Shown: positions 37,171 to 48,665 of the stretch, one piece after another
How positions within the stretch are numbered: the first letter of the stretch is position 1
Layout: each line of letters starts with the position of its first letter
Source of the DNA: Octopus bimaculoides
Lineage: Eukaryota
Assembly (NCBI RefSeq): GCF_001194135.2
Contig: NC_068993.1
Coordinates: 18,016,737 to 18,072,379 of the forward strand
DNA length: 55,643 nt
Direction of reading: 5' to 3'
Program-made: the position numbers and the translations under genes
The notes under the pieces: model-generated
What the model was told of the DNA's origin: nothing
The model's input: the letters and a program-made list of their open reading frames with translations, nothing else
Databases searched by the model: none

Positions 37171-38129
37171 AAAAAGTAGATGCAATATGATGATGAGGAT
37201 GATATAATAGAGAAACCAAACTATCGAATAATCATGATAACTAACTGATCAGAGTTGTGAGCAGCACAGATCATGAAATGGTTTTGCAAGTGAATGCACT
37301 AACTTCAGCATTTAGTCCTCAGAAGCAGGAGAGGTTGGTTGAAAAACCAAACTATTTTCAATTTAGTTTTTATGACTATTTTTACCTATAGTTATTGTTG
37401 TTGGCACTCCGTCGCTTACGACGTCGAGGGTTCTAGATGATCCGATCAACGGAACAGCCTGCTCGTGATATTAACGTGCAAGTGGCTGAGCACTCCACAG
37501 ACACGTGTACCCTTAACGTAGTTCTCGGGGATATTCAGCGTGACACAGTGTGACAAGGCTGACCCTTTGAATTACAGGCACAACAGTAACAGGAAGTAAG
37601 GGTGAGAGAATGTTGTGGTGGAAGAGTACAGCAGGGTTCGCCACCATCCCCTGCCGGAGCCTCGTGGAGCTTTAGGTGTTTTCGCTCAATAAACACACAC
37701 AACGCCCAGTCTGGGAATCGAAACCGCGAACCTATGGTTATGAATGTTGAGTAATGAACGAAACTGGCACTCTGTTGGTTACGACAACTAGGCTCCCAGT
37801 TGATTTAATCAACAGAACAGCCTGCTCATGATATTAAAATACAAATGGCTGAGCACTCCGCAGACATGTGTACCTTTCATGTAGTTCTCAGGAAGATTCA
37901 GCATAACACAAAATGCGAAAAGGCTGGCCCTTTGAAATACAGGCACTACTCATTTTTTCCAGCTGAGTGGATTGGAGCAATGTGAAATAAAGTGTCTTGC
38001 TCAAGAACGCAATGTGCTGCTAAGAATTGAACTCAAGACCTTACGATTCTGAGCCAAACACCCTAACCACTAAGTCATGTGCCTTCACAATGAGCGAAAA
38101 AGAAGATACTGACAGACTAATATGCCAAC

Positions 38130-38630
38130 TCCAGCATTTGATCTTCAGAGCAGGAGAGATTGATAAACATGCCAAACTTGTTATCTTAAATTCAGTTTTC
38201 GAGCCTAGCCTGACCTATGGTCATTAATGTTAGGTAATAACTAAAAAATGATGATTGTGAATTCAAGTGGCCAAAATGGGGTTCCTCTACAGGGTCTCTG
38301 GAATAATGATACTCAACAGTGTGTAGCTTGGAGATCAGGGAGTCTCTCCAGATCGAGCTGCATTGTTATATCACTGTTCTGGTACTATGGACATGTGATT
38401 AGAATGTCACAGGAAAGAATAACTGCAAGATGGGTTCTTCAAGCCAAGCCAATTGGCAAGAAACCTCAGAGCATAAGTGAGATGGTTGAATGATAAATAT
38501 CCATAGTCTCACTTGGTCATGCTTGGGAATCCAGTTGGAAAGTGTAGTATTAGTTGTTTCTGATAGGACCTTATGGAGGAGGTGCCTAAGGACTCTACCT
38601 CTATATATCTCCCAGGAATAGTGGGTGGCA
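38130..38630 (+). mobile_element. RTE LINE 3' end (Rex3/Expander-like from recall)
   Basis: ILNSVFEPSLTYGH, YGHVIRMSQERITARWVLQAKPIGKKP; frameshifted. Confidence 0.7.
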
Positions 38631-38693
38631 AAAATGGATGGATGGATAACTAATAAGAAAGATAAATTTCTAAAGAATTACTTAGATACTTAC

Positions 38694-38849
38694 TTTAGAT
38701 CGGCCACCCCCCATGGCACCAGTGCCTGCATAAATACGGCTGATATGATCGCCGTTTTCAGTCCAAATTTGTTTGAAAACTTCTTCAAAACGAGACACCA
38801 TTTGAATTTTTCCTCCAAATCCCAGTGCTTCCATTTGTCTTTTAAGAAT
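38694..38849 (-). CDS. SYNJ1: Synaptojanin exon, Sac1 C-terminal part (ILKRQMEALG...NGDHISRIYAGTGAMGGGRSK)
   Basis: NGD.IS.IYAGTGA motif; 156 nt, phase 0-0, donor GTAAGT. Confidence 0.96.
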
Positions 38850-40420
38850 CTGAAAAAAAAGATAAAGAAAAAAAGAAAAAAGTAATGAGGGTAAAACAAT
38901 TTTGTACTTTGAAAATACAAAATCAATAGTTAGCACAATAAAAAAGAAGATAACTGCCATACTCTCATCTCAGTTTTTATTTGTAGCCAATTCACTTCGT
39001 ATACTACACCCAATGTTGTCTCTATTTCCTAATCACTTTACAGAATGTACTGGTTAAATTTTATTGTGGCACCAGCACCAATGAGGTTGTCTTGTCACAC
39101 AGAAGACCAAAGAGTCTACAGTATTCTATGTTGTCTCCATTCACCTAACACCACAAAGCGATGAACTAAAGTAAGAGGATGAAAGAGTGAAAAGAAAAGA
39201 GAATATGGTGGGAGAATCAGAGTGAGAGGAGTGAAAGGGTGATAGAGGTGGGAGCAATGGAAGAGAGATAGGGATGGCAGCTACACATTATGAAAGGCAA
39301 AGTCAACCTTGGTAAAATTTGAACTCAGAATGTAAAGAACATTAAGAAATGCTATGAAGCAATTTCCCAATGCGTTAATGATTCTGCAAGCTTGCCACCT
39401 TAATAAAAATAACAATAATAATAATTTCAAAATTTTTGCACAGGGCCAGCAATTTTAGGGGAGGAAATAAGTCAGCTATATTGATCCCAGTGTTTTACTG
39501 CTACTTATTTTTACAATCCAAAGTCAATCTCACTGATATTTGAACTCAAAATGTAAAGAGCCAGGGAAAATACCACTAAGCATTTTGTCCAATGTGCTCA
39601 CTATTCTGTCAGCTTGCCACCTAAACAATAATAACAATTTCAAATTCTGGCACAAGGCCAGCAATTCGGGGTGAGGAGTAAGTAGATTGCATTGACCCCA
39701 GTGCTCAACGGCTACTTATTTTGTTGACCCCAAAAGATGAAAGGCAAAGTTGAGCTCAGCAGAATTTAAACCCTGAATGTAAAAACAGATGAAAATGTTG
39801 CTGAACATTTTGCCCAGCATACTAACGATTCTGCCAGTTCACTGCATTAATAATAATAATAATAATAATAAGAAGAAGAAGAAGAAGAAGAAGAAAAAGA
39901 AGAAGAAGAATTACAGTATGTCTCTCTGAAGAGTATCAGTGAAGTGGTTAAAGCAGGGAATTGTAACAACATCATAGACTCAGTTTTCCAGAAAAATTAA
40001 GATAAATGCCTCAAGCATGGCTGTGCAGTTAAAAGCCACTTTGGAATCACATGGTTTTGNNNNNNNNNNNNNNNNNNNNNNNNNNNNNNNNNNNNNNNNN
40101 NNNNNNNNNNNNNNNNNNNNNNNNNNNNNNNNNNNNNNNNNNNNNNNNNNNNNNNNNNNNNNNNNNNNNNNNNNNNNNNNNNNNNNNNNNNNNNNNNNNN
40201 NNNNNNNNNNNNNNNNNNNNNNNNNNNNNNNNNNNNNNNNNNNNNNNNNNNNNNNNNNNNNNNNNNNNNNNNNNNNNNNNNNNNNNNNNNNNNNNNNNNN
40301 NNNNNNNNNNNNNNNNNNNNNNNNNNNNNNNNNNNNNNNNNNNNNNNNNNNNNNNNNNNNNNNNNNNNNNNNNNNNNNNNNNNNNNNNNNNNNNNNNNNN
40401 NNNNNNNNNNNNNNNNNNNN

Positions 40421-40508
40421 CGAGGGACTAAATAACTCAAAAACTACCAAAAAATAAGCAACATATGTTGCTTATTTTTTGGTAGTTTTTGACTTATTTA
40501 GTCCCTCG
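40421..40508. repeat. 88-bp near-perfect loopless palindrome at a gap edge
   Basis: Symmetry centre ACAT|ATGT at 40464/40465; one mismatch. Confidence 0.9.
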
Positions 40509-41095
40509 AAGCGTGAGGCATTACTACACAGTTAATGCCCTTTATATATAAATATATATATATATATATATAGATAGATAGATATAGATATAGATATATA
40601 AATTAAAACATTAGGGTAAAAAACTGGATATTAATTAATATTGATTTATTACCAGGAAGCAAAGCACATTAAAAGAATCAGAGGTCTTTGTAGACACACA
40701 TTACATGTGATCTTCTTCTAGCACATTAACAGTCCACCTAGTTGTCTTCTTTATATATAGATATAGATATATATATATATATACATACAGCCACACTCAT
40801 ACACACACACACATGAATGTGTGTCTGTATGTTTGCATTCCCCCTCCATTACTTGACAACTGGTGTTAGTTTGTTTATCTCCTTGTAACTTAGTGTTTTT
40901 GTGAAAAGGCTTGGCAGAATGAGGGTTAGACTTTAAAAACAATTAGCACTGGGGTCAATTTATCCAACTAAACCCACCAAAGTGCTTCCCCAGCACAACT
41001 GCAGTCTAATGACTGAAACTAATAAAAGATGCAAGAGTAAACATTTTTAGCACTGATCCTAAAACATTTCATCTCATAATACCATTCTAACTTAC

Positions 41096-41177
41096 ATATA
41101 AGCCATATAACCGCTGAACAGAATTGGTCCGATCAAGGCAATCAACACAATTGGTTCGAATAGTTCCAAGCTGCTGC
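41096..41177 (-). CDS. SYNJ1: Synaptojanin exon, Sac1 catalytic loop ([27 protein letters not shown])
   Basis: Intact CX5RT motif; AG acceptor, TAT|GTAAGT donor; 82 nt, phase 2 to 0. Confidence 0.97.
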
Positions 41178-41879
41178 CTTTTAAAAGAAAAAACAAAAAA
41201 ACAAAAAACAAAATGAAAAATGGTGAAAATTTCAATTCAAGACAAATGGAACTATTATAAGCACGCAACCTACTTTATTGTAAAGAAAATTTGGTGCAAT
41301 TAGTTGGTTCAGTATAATTTATTGTATATTTGTATAATGTTAATGAACTAGGAAGGATGAATGGCAAACAAATAGAGCATCTGCTATTTGCACTCGTCGT
41401 CGTCGTTTAACGTCCGCTTTCCATGCTAGCATGGGTTGGACGATTTGACTGAGGACTGGTGAAACCAGATGCCTACACCAGGCTCCAATCTGATTTGGCA
41501 GTGTTTCTACAGCTGGATGCCCTTCCTAACGCCAACCACTCAGAGAGTGTGTAGTGGGTGCTTTTACGTGTCACCCGCACGAAGGCAAGTCAGGCGGTAC
41601 TGGCAACGGCCACGCTCATCTCGCTCGAGAAACCTCATGTGTCCATTAAATTAATTATAAGTCAGTGATATAAAATATCATGCATTCTTATTTAAATATA
41701 AAAATTTACTTTGAGGGGAAAAAAGAGAGGAAACTGTCTTTGCTGATTGCACAGGCCTGGAATTTTAAGGGAGTGGGATAGCTTATTATACATCAAACCT
41801 GGTACTCAACTGGTACTTATTTTATCAACCTGGAAAGGATGTGAGGTAAAGTTGATCTCAGCAGAATTTGAACCCAGAA

Positions 41880-43645
41880 CATACCTAGCCAAAGATAAAC
41901 CTCTGTACTTGGCTTTTGTTGACATGGAGAAAGCCTTTGACAGGGTCACCTGATCCCTTTTCTGGTAGTCAATGCAGAAACTAGGGATTGATGAGTGGTT
42001 GGTGAGAGCTGTACAAGCCATGTACAGGGATGTTTTCAGTAAGGTGTGGGTTGGCAATGAGTATAGAGAAGAATTCAGGGTACAAGTAGGGGTTCATAGA
42101 TCAATCCTTAACCCCTTCTTATTCACCATAGTCCTCTAGGCAATAACAGAGGAATTCAAGACAGGCTACCCATGGGAGCTCCTCTATGCTGATGACCCTG
42201 TTCTTATAGATGAATCACTACCAGAACTAAAGAAGAAGCTTCAGATGTGGAAGCAAAGTCTAAAATCGAAGAGTCTTAGAGTTAACCTAGCAAAAACTAA
42301 AGTCTTAGTAAGTAGGAAGGTAGCCAAACCACAAATCCCTTCAGGTAGATGGCCCTGCATGATCTGTAGAAAAAGTGTAGGTAGAAACTTCACAAGATGT
42401 ACCCAGTGTAAGATAAGGACAAATAAGATGTACAGCAATATCAGAGGAAGGTTAACAGGGAAGATAGTTCTTGTGTGTGGAAGGTGCACAGGTACAATAA
42501 ACACTGAAAATGTACAGAAAATAGATTCCATCACATGCCAGGGGGAAAACTAGAAGTAGTCAATAGTTTCTGTTACCTAAGTGACCAAGTCAGTAGCAAG
42601 GTAGATGCTCTGGGAGTGTAGCTGCTAGAACAAGAATAGGCTGGACAAAGTTCAGAGAGCTCCTATCTCTGCTGGTAACAAAGGGCCTCTCACTCAGAGT
42701 GAAAAGCAGATTGTATGATGCCTGTATGCAAACAGCCATGCTACATGGCAGTGAAACATGGGCTTTAACTGCTGAGGACAAGTGTAGGCCTGTAAGAAAT
42801 GAAGCTTGTATGATTTGCTAAATGTGTAATGTCAGTGTACATGCACGACAGAGTGTAAGCATCCTGACAGAAAAGTTGGATATAAGAAGCATCAGGTGTG
42901 GTGCACAAGAGAGACAACTGCGCTGGTATGGTTATGTGATTCGTATGAATGAGGACAGCCGTGTGAAGTCTTTCACTCTAATGGTGGAGGGAACCTGTGG
43001 AAGAGGTTGGGCTTCACAGAGGCATTAATAAGTGACTGAGACCTTTGGAGATATGCCGTGCTTGAGAAGACCCATCAAGCCAAGTGAGATCATAGTTGTG
43101 GCCGATGTCAGTGTTGTGTAACTGGCCCGTTAAAAGCATCCTTCAATCATTAGGCAATATGCTATGCTTGTGAAGACCTGTTGAACTGAGTGAAACCATA
43201 GTTGTGGCTGATGCCAGAGCCATCTGACTGGCACCAGCGCTGGTGACATGTAAAAAGCACTGTTCAACCATTGGGTCTTGTGGAAGCAGTGATGTCATTA
43301 AAAACACCCTTCAATCATTGGGCGATATGCTGTGCATGTGAAGACCTGTTGAACCAAGTGGAATCATAGTTATAGTCGATGCCAGTGCCATCTGACTAGT
43401 GCCCATGCACTTAAAAAGCACTGTTCGAGGATTGGACCTCATGGAGGCAGTGACAGGTGATGAAGACCTTTGTGCTTGAGTAAACCTGTCAAGCCAAGTG
43501 AGACCATAGTCATGGCTGATACCTGTGTCAGATCAATGACACCTGTGCTGGTGACATGTAAAAAACACCCACTACACTCTTGGAGTGGTTGGCATTAGGA
43601 AGAGCATCAAACCGTAGAAACCTTGCCAAATCAGATCGGAACCTG
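41880..43645 (+). mobile_element. 5'-truncated RTE-clade LINE: RT, Cys-rich finger, thumb and tandem-repeat 3' UTR
   Basis: LYLAFVDMEKAFDRV, WELLYADD, LRVNLAKTKVLV, GRWPCMICRKSVG..CTQC..C..C, LRWYGYVIRM; several stops; 3' UTR at 43030-43645. Confidence 0.9.
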
Positions 43646-43913
43646 GTGCATATATGTATATGTATGTGTGTATCTTTGTGTCTGTGTTCGTCCCCTGCCA
43701 CAGCTTGAAAACAGGTGTTTGTGTGTTTATGTCCCTGTAACTTAGCATTTTAGTAAAAGAGAACAATAAAACAAGTGCCAGGTTTAGAAAAAAATAAGTA
43801 CTGGGGTTGATTCATCTGACTAAAAATTCTTCAAGGTGGTGCCCCAGCATGGCCACAGTCTAATGACTGAAACAAGTAAAAGACAAAGAAAGATGACAAC
43901 AGTATACAAATAC

Positions 43914-44083
43914 CTGATAATCCGATCTGAAGAACAATGAAAAAAATTCAAATTATTTAAATGTTCTTCAGATACTTTCATTAACTTCTGCAAATTGGAA
44001 AGGTTCCCTCCTCGACATTCAGCATGGTAATCGAAGACAATGTGTGGTACATCATCTTTGTGAGTTGAATTTTTATGATGATT
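43914..44083 (-). CDS. SYNJ1: Synaptojanin exon, Sac1 (NHHKNSTHKDDVPHIVFDYHAECRGG...FFHCSSDRII)
   Basis: Aligns to SYNJ1 SHLKASEH...FDYHQMVKGG; ttgcag acceptor, AG|GTATTT donor; 170 nt, phase 0 to 2. Confidence 0.92.
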
Positions 44084-44787
44084 CTGCAACAGAGCACAAA
44101 ATACCGTTATAATCTCATTTAACAGCTAATGAGAGAGCCTTTACATGTTGATTCAACCTACTAAAAATGGTAACCATATCTCCCTCAAATCTGCTTTAAA
44201 TATTAAAAAAAAATTGTTGGACAATATTGTCATAGATAAACACAAAACAATGGGATGGATAGTTCTGCTCAACCAGGGATCGCCAGAAACAATAACTATC
44301 TCATTTAATAGCCATTTTGTTACATTAATCTGTCTGATCAAATATTTGTATCTAGGATGTTGTGTTATGCCCATTTTGTTGGAAGATCTTTCCTTTGTCA
44401 TGAGAATTTACTTTCTTTGTATGGTGTTATTATTATTCAGTGAAATAATTCTTCACATGGGCATGAAGCCTAAAGCCTTGAGAAAGAGAGGGTTGAGAGA
44501 AAGGGAGGAGAGAGAGAAAGAGTGAGAGGCAATGGGGTAAAAAATAACATCATCATAATTGAAGGTCTACTTTCCCATGCTTGTATGGCTCAGATAGAAT
44601 TTGTTGATGCAAGTTTGCTACATCCAGATACCCTTCTTGTTGCCAACCCTCACCTGTTTTTAACAAGGTAATATTTTCCCATGGGCAGTTAAGTTCTTAA
44701 CAAAAGGTCGGATACAAATAACTTCACTTGTATGATAATGCACATTTAGAAACATCATATGAAGCCTTGACAAGGATACTGTCTCTT

Positions 44788-44818
<31 letters not shown>

Positions 44819-45934
44819 AGGGCTTCTTTCAATTTCTGCCTTGCAAATTCACTCACAAGGTTTTGGTCAGCCTGGAGCTATAGTAGAAGACACTTGCCCA
44901 AGGTGCCATGCAGTGAAACTGAACATGAAACCATGTGGTTAGGAAGCAAACTCCTTAATCACACAGCTACACCTATTTCAAAAGATAATATACTTAACTT
45001 CTGGCTACAAAGGTTGAATTCAAGTCTGCTGTATTTTACTGTCTCTTGGCAAGATAAATTCTATATAAACTAAAATTTAAAAACTGAGTCCAAGCAAGAT
45101 TGTAGAGATCTATATTGGCAAAAATCAATTATTGAAGTTCATACAGTTGAGTAAGATTGCATGCAGTCAAAAATAAATTCTTTTGTTCTAAAGAGAGATT
45201 CAAATTAGGTGCAGGTATGGGTGTGTGGTTAAAAACCTTGCTTCCTAACCATGTGGTCTTCAGTTCAGACCCACTGCATGGTACTTTGGGCAAGTGTCTT
45301 CTATAACCCTGAGCCAACTGTAGCCTTGTGAGTAGATTTGGCAGACAGAAGCTGAAAGAAGACGGCAAGCTGCCAGAAACATTAGCATGCCGGGCGAAAT
45401 ACTTTGCGGTATTTCATCCGCTGTTATGTTCTGAGTTCACATTCTGCTGAGGTCGACTTTGCCTTTCATCCTTTCGGGGTTGATAAATTAAGTACCAGTT
45501 ACACACTGGGGTCAATGTAATCGACTTAATCCCTCTGTTTGTCCCCTCTATGTTTAGCCCTTTGTGGACCATAAAGAAATAAGAAGCTGAAAGAAGTGCA
45601 TCATGGCCATTACCCCAGTATGGCTGCAGTCTAATGACTGAAACAAGTAAAANNNNNNNNNNCATACAAATAAAGTTGTTGTTTCCAGTCTTCTGTGAAA
45701 AGCATGTCTAATTATGGGAAAGGTGAGGGGTGGTGACACAAAGAAAGGGTATCCAACCATGGAAAAATTTGATTCAGCAAATTCCATCTGGTTATGCAAG
45801 CATGGAAAAATGAACATTGACTGATGATAATGATGATAATTCAATTGAGTTTACTGTACAGACTTTTCTTGCAAGTCAGCATGACCTTTATTTGAATATC
45901 TGACAAAAAAAAATTTCAGTGGTAATAGACTAGT

Positions 45935-46230
45935 ATCTATCTAGATATATAAAGATGATAATGTGTGTGTCTGTCTGTGTGTCTGTGTGAATCCCTAAAA
46001 CTTGAGAACTACACAACCAGTTTCATTCAAATTTTACACATGTCTTACTTAGGGTCTATGTAGTGTCTTAGGCCCCAAAATTTTTTAACTTCTTGCCTAG
46101 TACGAGCTCAGAGCAATATCATATCTCCTCCACTATTTCAGTATTACGTGTCAAAACTGAAACAATAACATCTCTCTATTGTAATGTCAGATATTTTCAC
46201 TTTAATACTTTCACATTAATATTAAAGTGA
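45935..46230 (+). mobile_element. Helitron-like non-autonomous fragment
   Basis: TC..ATATATAAA start, (TGTC)n tract and AACTAC.CAACCAGTTTCATTCAAATTTTACAC core resemble DINE/Helitron-type ends as recalled. Confidence 0.35.
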
Positions 46231-47778
46231 AACTATTATCTCAAATATATACAGGCATACATATATATAATATATCATCATCATCATCATCATCGTTTAA
46301 TGTCTGCTTACCATGCTAGCATGGGTTGGATGATTTGACTGAGGACTGGCGAACCAGATGGCTGCACCAGGCTCCAATCTGATGTGGCAGAGTTTCTACA
46401 GCTGGATGCCCTTCATAACGCCAGCCACTCCAAGAATGTAGTGGGTGCTTTTACGTGCCACCAGCACGAGGGCCAATCAGGCTGTACTGGCAACAGCCAT
46501 GCTCAAAATGGTGTTTTTTACGTGCCACTTGCACAGGAGCCAGTCCATCGGCGCTGGCAACAACCTCACTCTAATGTTTTTTCACGTGCCACCGGCACAA
46601 GTGCCAGTAGGGCGATATATATATATAAATAAAATATTCATATAGGCATATATACATACATACATGTACATACTTACATACACACACACACATATATATA
46701 TATATATGTATATATATGCATGTATGGGTACAGGACGTCACAAAACGTAAACAACATGAAATACGAAGACAAACTTTTTTTGTGCAAACAACAAGAGAAA
46801 CAAATGGAAAACAAGACAAATAACACAAAGAATGACGCTTCATCAGTTGTTGGCAGTTTACCTACTCCACGTTTCGAGCAATTTATGACAATATGTGCCT
46901 CCTGTAAACCAAAATAAAATTTGGGATTTGTGGAGGGCCAACGTTGATAACAGAAACAGGACAGTGCATGGCCATGCACTAAATTTTATCACTTTCAGTT
47001 AGGAAATTTTTTTGGTCTGCCTGAAACTCCAGAATAGGGCTTGTGAAAAAATAAAATTTACTTTTGCTGATTGACAAAGTAACTGTAGTTATAAGAATTT
47101 AAGAGAATTAAAGTAAATTATCATTTTTTATAGTGGAACTTGAAGTAGATAAAGCTACAAATAAAAAGTGTAAGAAATAAATAATAGTATGTAGAATATT
47201 GGACTAAAAAACCCNNNNNNNNNNNNNNNNNNNNNNNNNNNNNNNNNNNNNNNNNNNNNNNNNNNNNNNNNNNNNNNNNNNNNNNNNNNNNNNNNNNNNN
47301 NNNNNNNNNNNNNNNNNNNNNNNNNNNNNNNNNNNNNNNNNNNNNNNNNNNNNNNNNNNNNNNNNNNNNNNNNNNNNNNNNNNNNNNNNNNNNNNNNNNN
47401 NNNNNNNNNNNNNNNNNNNNNNNNNNNNNNNNNNNNNNNNNNNNNNNNNNNNNNNTTGAAGGAAAGTTTATTTATAAGGAAAGGTATAGCTGTACAGATA
47501 GAAAATAATAGCACTAATAAGAGGAATTTTTTTATAACATATATATATATATATATATATATTAGTTTATGTATATATTAATATTATCTCAGTTTTAATA
47601 AACCTTTGACAATGTAAATATGTTAATAGTTACACCATAGGTAGCAAAAATTACACAAAAAACCAAAATATCACAGCCGTTTTATAGGTAGAGATACCAA
47701 GTTGAAGTGATACATTTTGAGAAGATATGAATAATAACAATAAATGGAGCAAAACGCATATAAATAAAAGTTCCTTTA

Positions 47779-47867
47779 ATTCCTACACATGTTTCAAAAT
47801 ATATGTGAGCTCTCCTTCAAAGAAGTAAGAGCTGCTGGAATTCCACATATATTCATCTTCAGGGAAT
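47779..47867 (-). ncRNA. Degenerate type I hammerhead motif
   Basis: ATTCC-CTGAAGA-T-GAATATATGTG...CACATATATTT-T-GAAA-CA-TG-TG-T-A-GGAAT: perfect stem I and long stem II, but the G10.1-C11.1 pair is lost. Confidence 0.55.
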
Positions 47868-47924
47868 CAACATATAAAAGCAAGACAAATGCGAAATGAT
47901 GAGGTAACTTATATATATATATAG

Positions 47925-47980
47925 TCCACACTGACGAGGCTCAGAGTTAAATACTCAAAAGCCGAAACCTGGTTTGTGGA
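47925..47980 (+). ncRNA. Type I hammerhead ribozyme motif with canonical core
   Basis: TCCACA-CTGACGA-GGCT(ca GAGT taaat ACTC aaa)AGCC-GAAA-CC-T-GG-T-T-TGTGGA: 6-bp stem I, G-C closed stem II, short stem III, GUU cleavage triplet. Confidence 0.82.
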
Positions 47981-48305
47981 TATCCCTAATTGCATAATAT
48001 GTTTTATTTGTGCTGTTAAATGTTTTAATTCTTTCTGTTTTCCTCACATACTGTGTTTCTCTCTGTTATATTGGTGCGCTACGGTGGATTAATTTAAGAC
48101 TTAGCTCTTATTTCTAGCAGGTAGATTCTCATTAAGTATCATTACGCTTCGTGCAAATTTATAATTCATAGCTGTTTAAAGCTATTATAACTGCGTTCCA
48201 CCCATGCCACTACTAGTGATATCATCAAATTTTGAATTTATCCACAGATGATATGAACAGTAGTGACATCTAACTTCAAATCTCAGTGTTTGAATGTTTC
48301 ATTTA

Positions 48306-48347
<42 letters not shown>

Positions 48348-48581
48348 TATTATTCTTAAACAAGAATATTGTTAACAGTGTCTTTCAACCAGTTAATATT
48401 CTATTGTGAACCTCACCTGAGATTTCTATAGTACCAGTAATTGTTGGAGGTTGAAATATGTATTGACCCTGAAGAGAAGGACAAGTTGATGGGATGCTAG
48501 AGACAACTTATACAGCTAATCACTCAACTACAATGGTTAATTAGAATTAAGAAGAAATACAAGGAAACACCAAATACTAAC

Positions 48582-48665
48582 CTGAATACCAGGCTGTTCC
48601 CAAAATAATGGTACAGACCCTCTTACTTGTATGAATGAAGAAATTTGGTCTTCCAAGAAAATAAC
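48582..48665 (-). CDS. SYNJ1: Synaptojanin exon, Sac1 ([28 protein letters not shown])
   Basis: Sac1 motif [12 protein letters not shown]; AG acceptor, CAG|GTTAGT donor; 84 nt, phase 0-0. Not in the ORF track. Confidence 0.96.

Noticed and set aside
46840-46885. Minus-strand GAAACG and CTGATGA pair
   Set aside because: Order is permuted, no stem II closing pair and no NUH with a matching stem I; at most a decayed Penelope-like remnant.
48417-48468. AG...GTGAGG-bounded 52-nt candidate exon
   Set aside because: Frameshifting length and no similarity to the missing Sac1 segment; could only be a poison exon, with no support.
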